Assembly: GCF_006345805.1 (NCBI RefSeq)
Contig: NC_043017.1
Span: 18,910,001-18,974,000 of the forward strand
From: Octopus sinensis
Lineage: Eukaryota
Direction of reading: 5' to 3'
Length of the DNA: 64,000 nt
The translations under genes and the position numbers were made by a program. This document shows positions 62,270-64,000 of the stretch, one piece after another. The notes under the pieces were generated by a model. It made no database searches, was not told the DNA's origin, and saw nothing but the letters and a program-made list of their open reading frames with translations. Position 1 is the first letter of the stretch. Each line of letters begins with the position of its first letter.

Positions 62270-63392
62270 TAGAACCTCATATCGCTAAACATCTCGTATT
62301 GTCAATTTCTCTCTGAGCCCCAACATCCTAAGATCAGTCTTCACCACTTCATCCCTTTTTTTTTTCCTGGGTCTCCTTCTTCCAAAGGTCCTATCCACTT
62401 TCAGTGACAGGCATTTCTGTATACAGCTGTCTTCACACATACATCACATGTCCAAACCAACACATTCTCCTCTCCTGCATACCACATTTAATCCCTAATC
62501 TCTTATGCCTAACTTTTATCTCAACACAGCTGTGCATTGTTGGTGATGCACACTGATGTTGCAAATCCAACTGAGCATACTACCTACATTCCTCTCCAGT
62601 CTATGCATGTTCTCTTCAGTTAGAACCCATGTCTCACTCCCATGTAACATAGCCGTTCTGACACGAGCATCATATCATCTACCAACCTACCTTTCACTCT
62701 GAGAGAGAGTCCTTTTACTGCCAAGACAGGCAGTAGTTCTCTGAACTTCCTACATCGTATTCTTATTCTAGAAACAATACTTTCAGAGCATCCACCACCT
62801 TTTTCTAATTTGGTCAACTAAATAGCAGAAACTATTTACTACCTCAAGAGAGCTTCCTGGGTGGGTAATGTCACTGCATATATGACAGAGTGTAAATGAT
62901 TTGAGAGAAAAACTGGGCACACAAGACATCAGATGTAGTGTGTAAGAGAGAAGACTGCACTGGTATGACCATGTAATGCATATGAATGAAGACAGTTGCA
63001 TCAAGAGGTGCTATATCTAATTGTAGAGGAAACATGTGGAAGGGGTAGACCGAGGGAGACATGGAACAAAGTGGTGAGAAAGGATCTACAGACATTGGGA
63101 CTCACAGAAGGGGTGACAGGGGACCAAGATTCCTGGCAGTTTGTTGTGCTTGAAAAGACATGTCAAGCTAAGTAGAAGTGTGGTTGTCCTTGTATACAGT
63201 CCCACCCACTGCAACCCTCTCCAGCTAAGCTTTCCTAATCTGTAACATGGCTGGCGTTAGGAAGGGCATCCAGCCGTAGAAACCATGTCAAAACACACAG
63301 GGAGCCTGAACAGCCCTTCAATTAGTCAGCCCCTGCCAAACCGTCCCACCCATAACAGCTTGGAAAACGGATGTTAAATGATGAAGATGATG
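62270..63392. mobile_element. Two back-to-back degenerate RTE LINE fragments (62270-62860 minus, 62865-63392 plus)
   Basis: Minus: EVVNSFCYL, GGGCSES, KFRELLP..KGLSLRVKGRL. Plus: ERRLHWY.HV, GRGRPRETW, then the 3' tail with GATGAAGATGATGAT. Confidence 0.8.
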
Positions 63393-64000
63393 ATATAAAA
63401 CTATGCGTTAAAAATACATATAGCTTTTCCACAGTCACCGAACCTAATTTGCCTCATAGACCATTCAGGTACAATGCACATAAAGCACCTCCTGTTCAGC
63501 ACTGCCACCTCATTTTTTTTTTTTTTTGTGGAGCATTCGCCGCCCTTCTTACTGTTTACGTATGGATTCTCTCATCATTGGAGGAACAAAAATTGAGGAA
63601 TGTTTCAGAACTTTACAACTATATATGAACTTACTCGGGAAACCCACCCATCAGATAACAAACGCGTCCCTGAGGATTTTCTCAGGTGCTTTTGGGTATA
63701 ACACATTACAGCGGCGTACCTCAACTGCTACTTCTGAAATGCCTATACTATCACTACAATATTATCACACAACTGGGTGCCTGTGTTTACGAAATTGTGG
63801 TATGACACGGGCGTCAAAGTTTACTTTCACCTTTTTACAACACTAAACTGCATGCTAAATAGAAACACACACACACACAAACATAGATAGATAGATAGAC
63901 ACGCGCGCTCGCCCACGTCGATGATAACGTAATGGAAAAATGGTTTTTCGACATAGACAAGTCCTGTGTCTAACACACATGGACATGCCTACAAAGTCAG

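Overview
AT-rich eukaryotic DNA, most likely from an octopus or other coleoid cephalopod (inferred from the style of the zinc-finger genes and repeats, not from a database hit). The window is part of a tandem C2H2 zinc-finger (ZNF) gene cluster with nine single-coding-exon genes of about 10-29 finger units: ZNF1-5 (+), ZNF6-7 (-), ZNF8-9 (+). None has a KRAB, SCAN or BTB domain. The genes share one cassette: a TGCGCATG-N5-CCGGA(A/T) promoter motif, a short non-coding exon ending GAG|GTATTT, an intron, and a conserved TTTCAG| acceptor 240-340 nt before the ATG. A conserved ~35-aa leader, often containing IKTE, precedes the finger array. ZNF2 looks like a Lepore-type hybrid of ZNF3 (5') and ZNF1 (3'). 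There is one orphan promoter/exon 1 with no coding exon, and ZNF8 has lost its ancestral start codon. The intergenic and intronic DNA holds many transposon relics: RTE, CR1/L2-group, CRE-like and Penelope-like retroelements, a Gypsy integrase, mariner, a Chapaev3-like transposase, a tRNA-derived SINE, MITEs and two long hairpins. TE family names rest on remembered protein motifs, and coordinates of degenerate elements are approximate.
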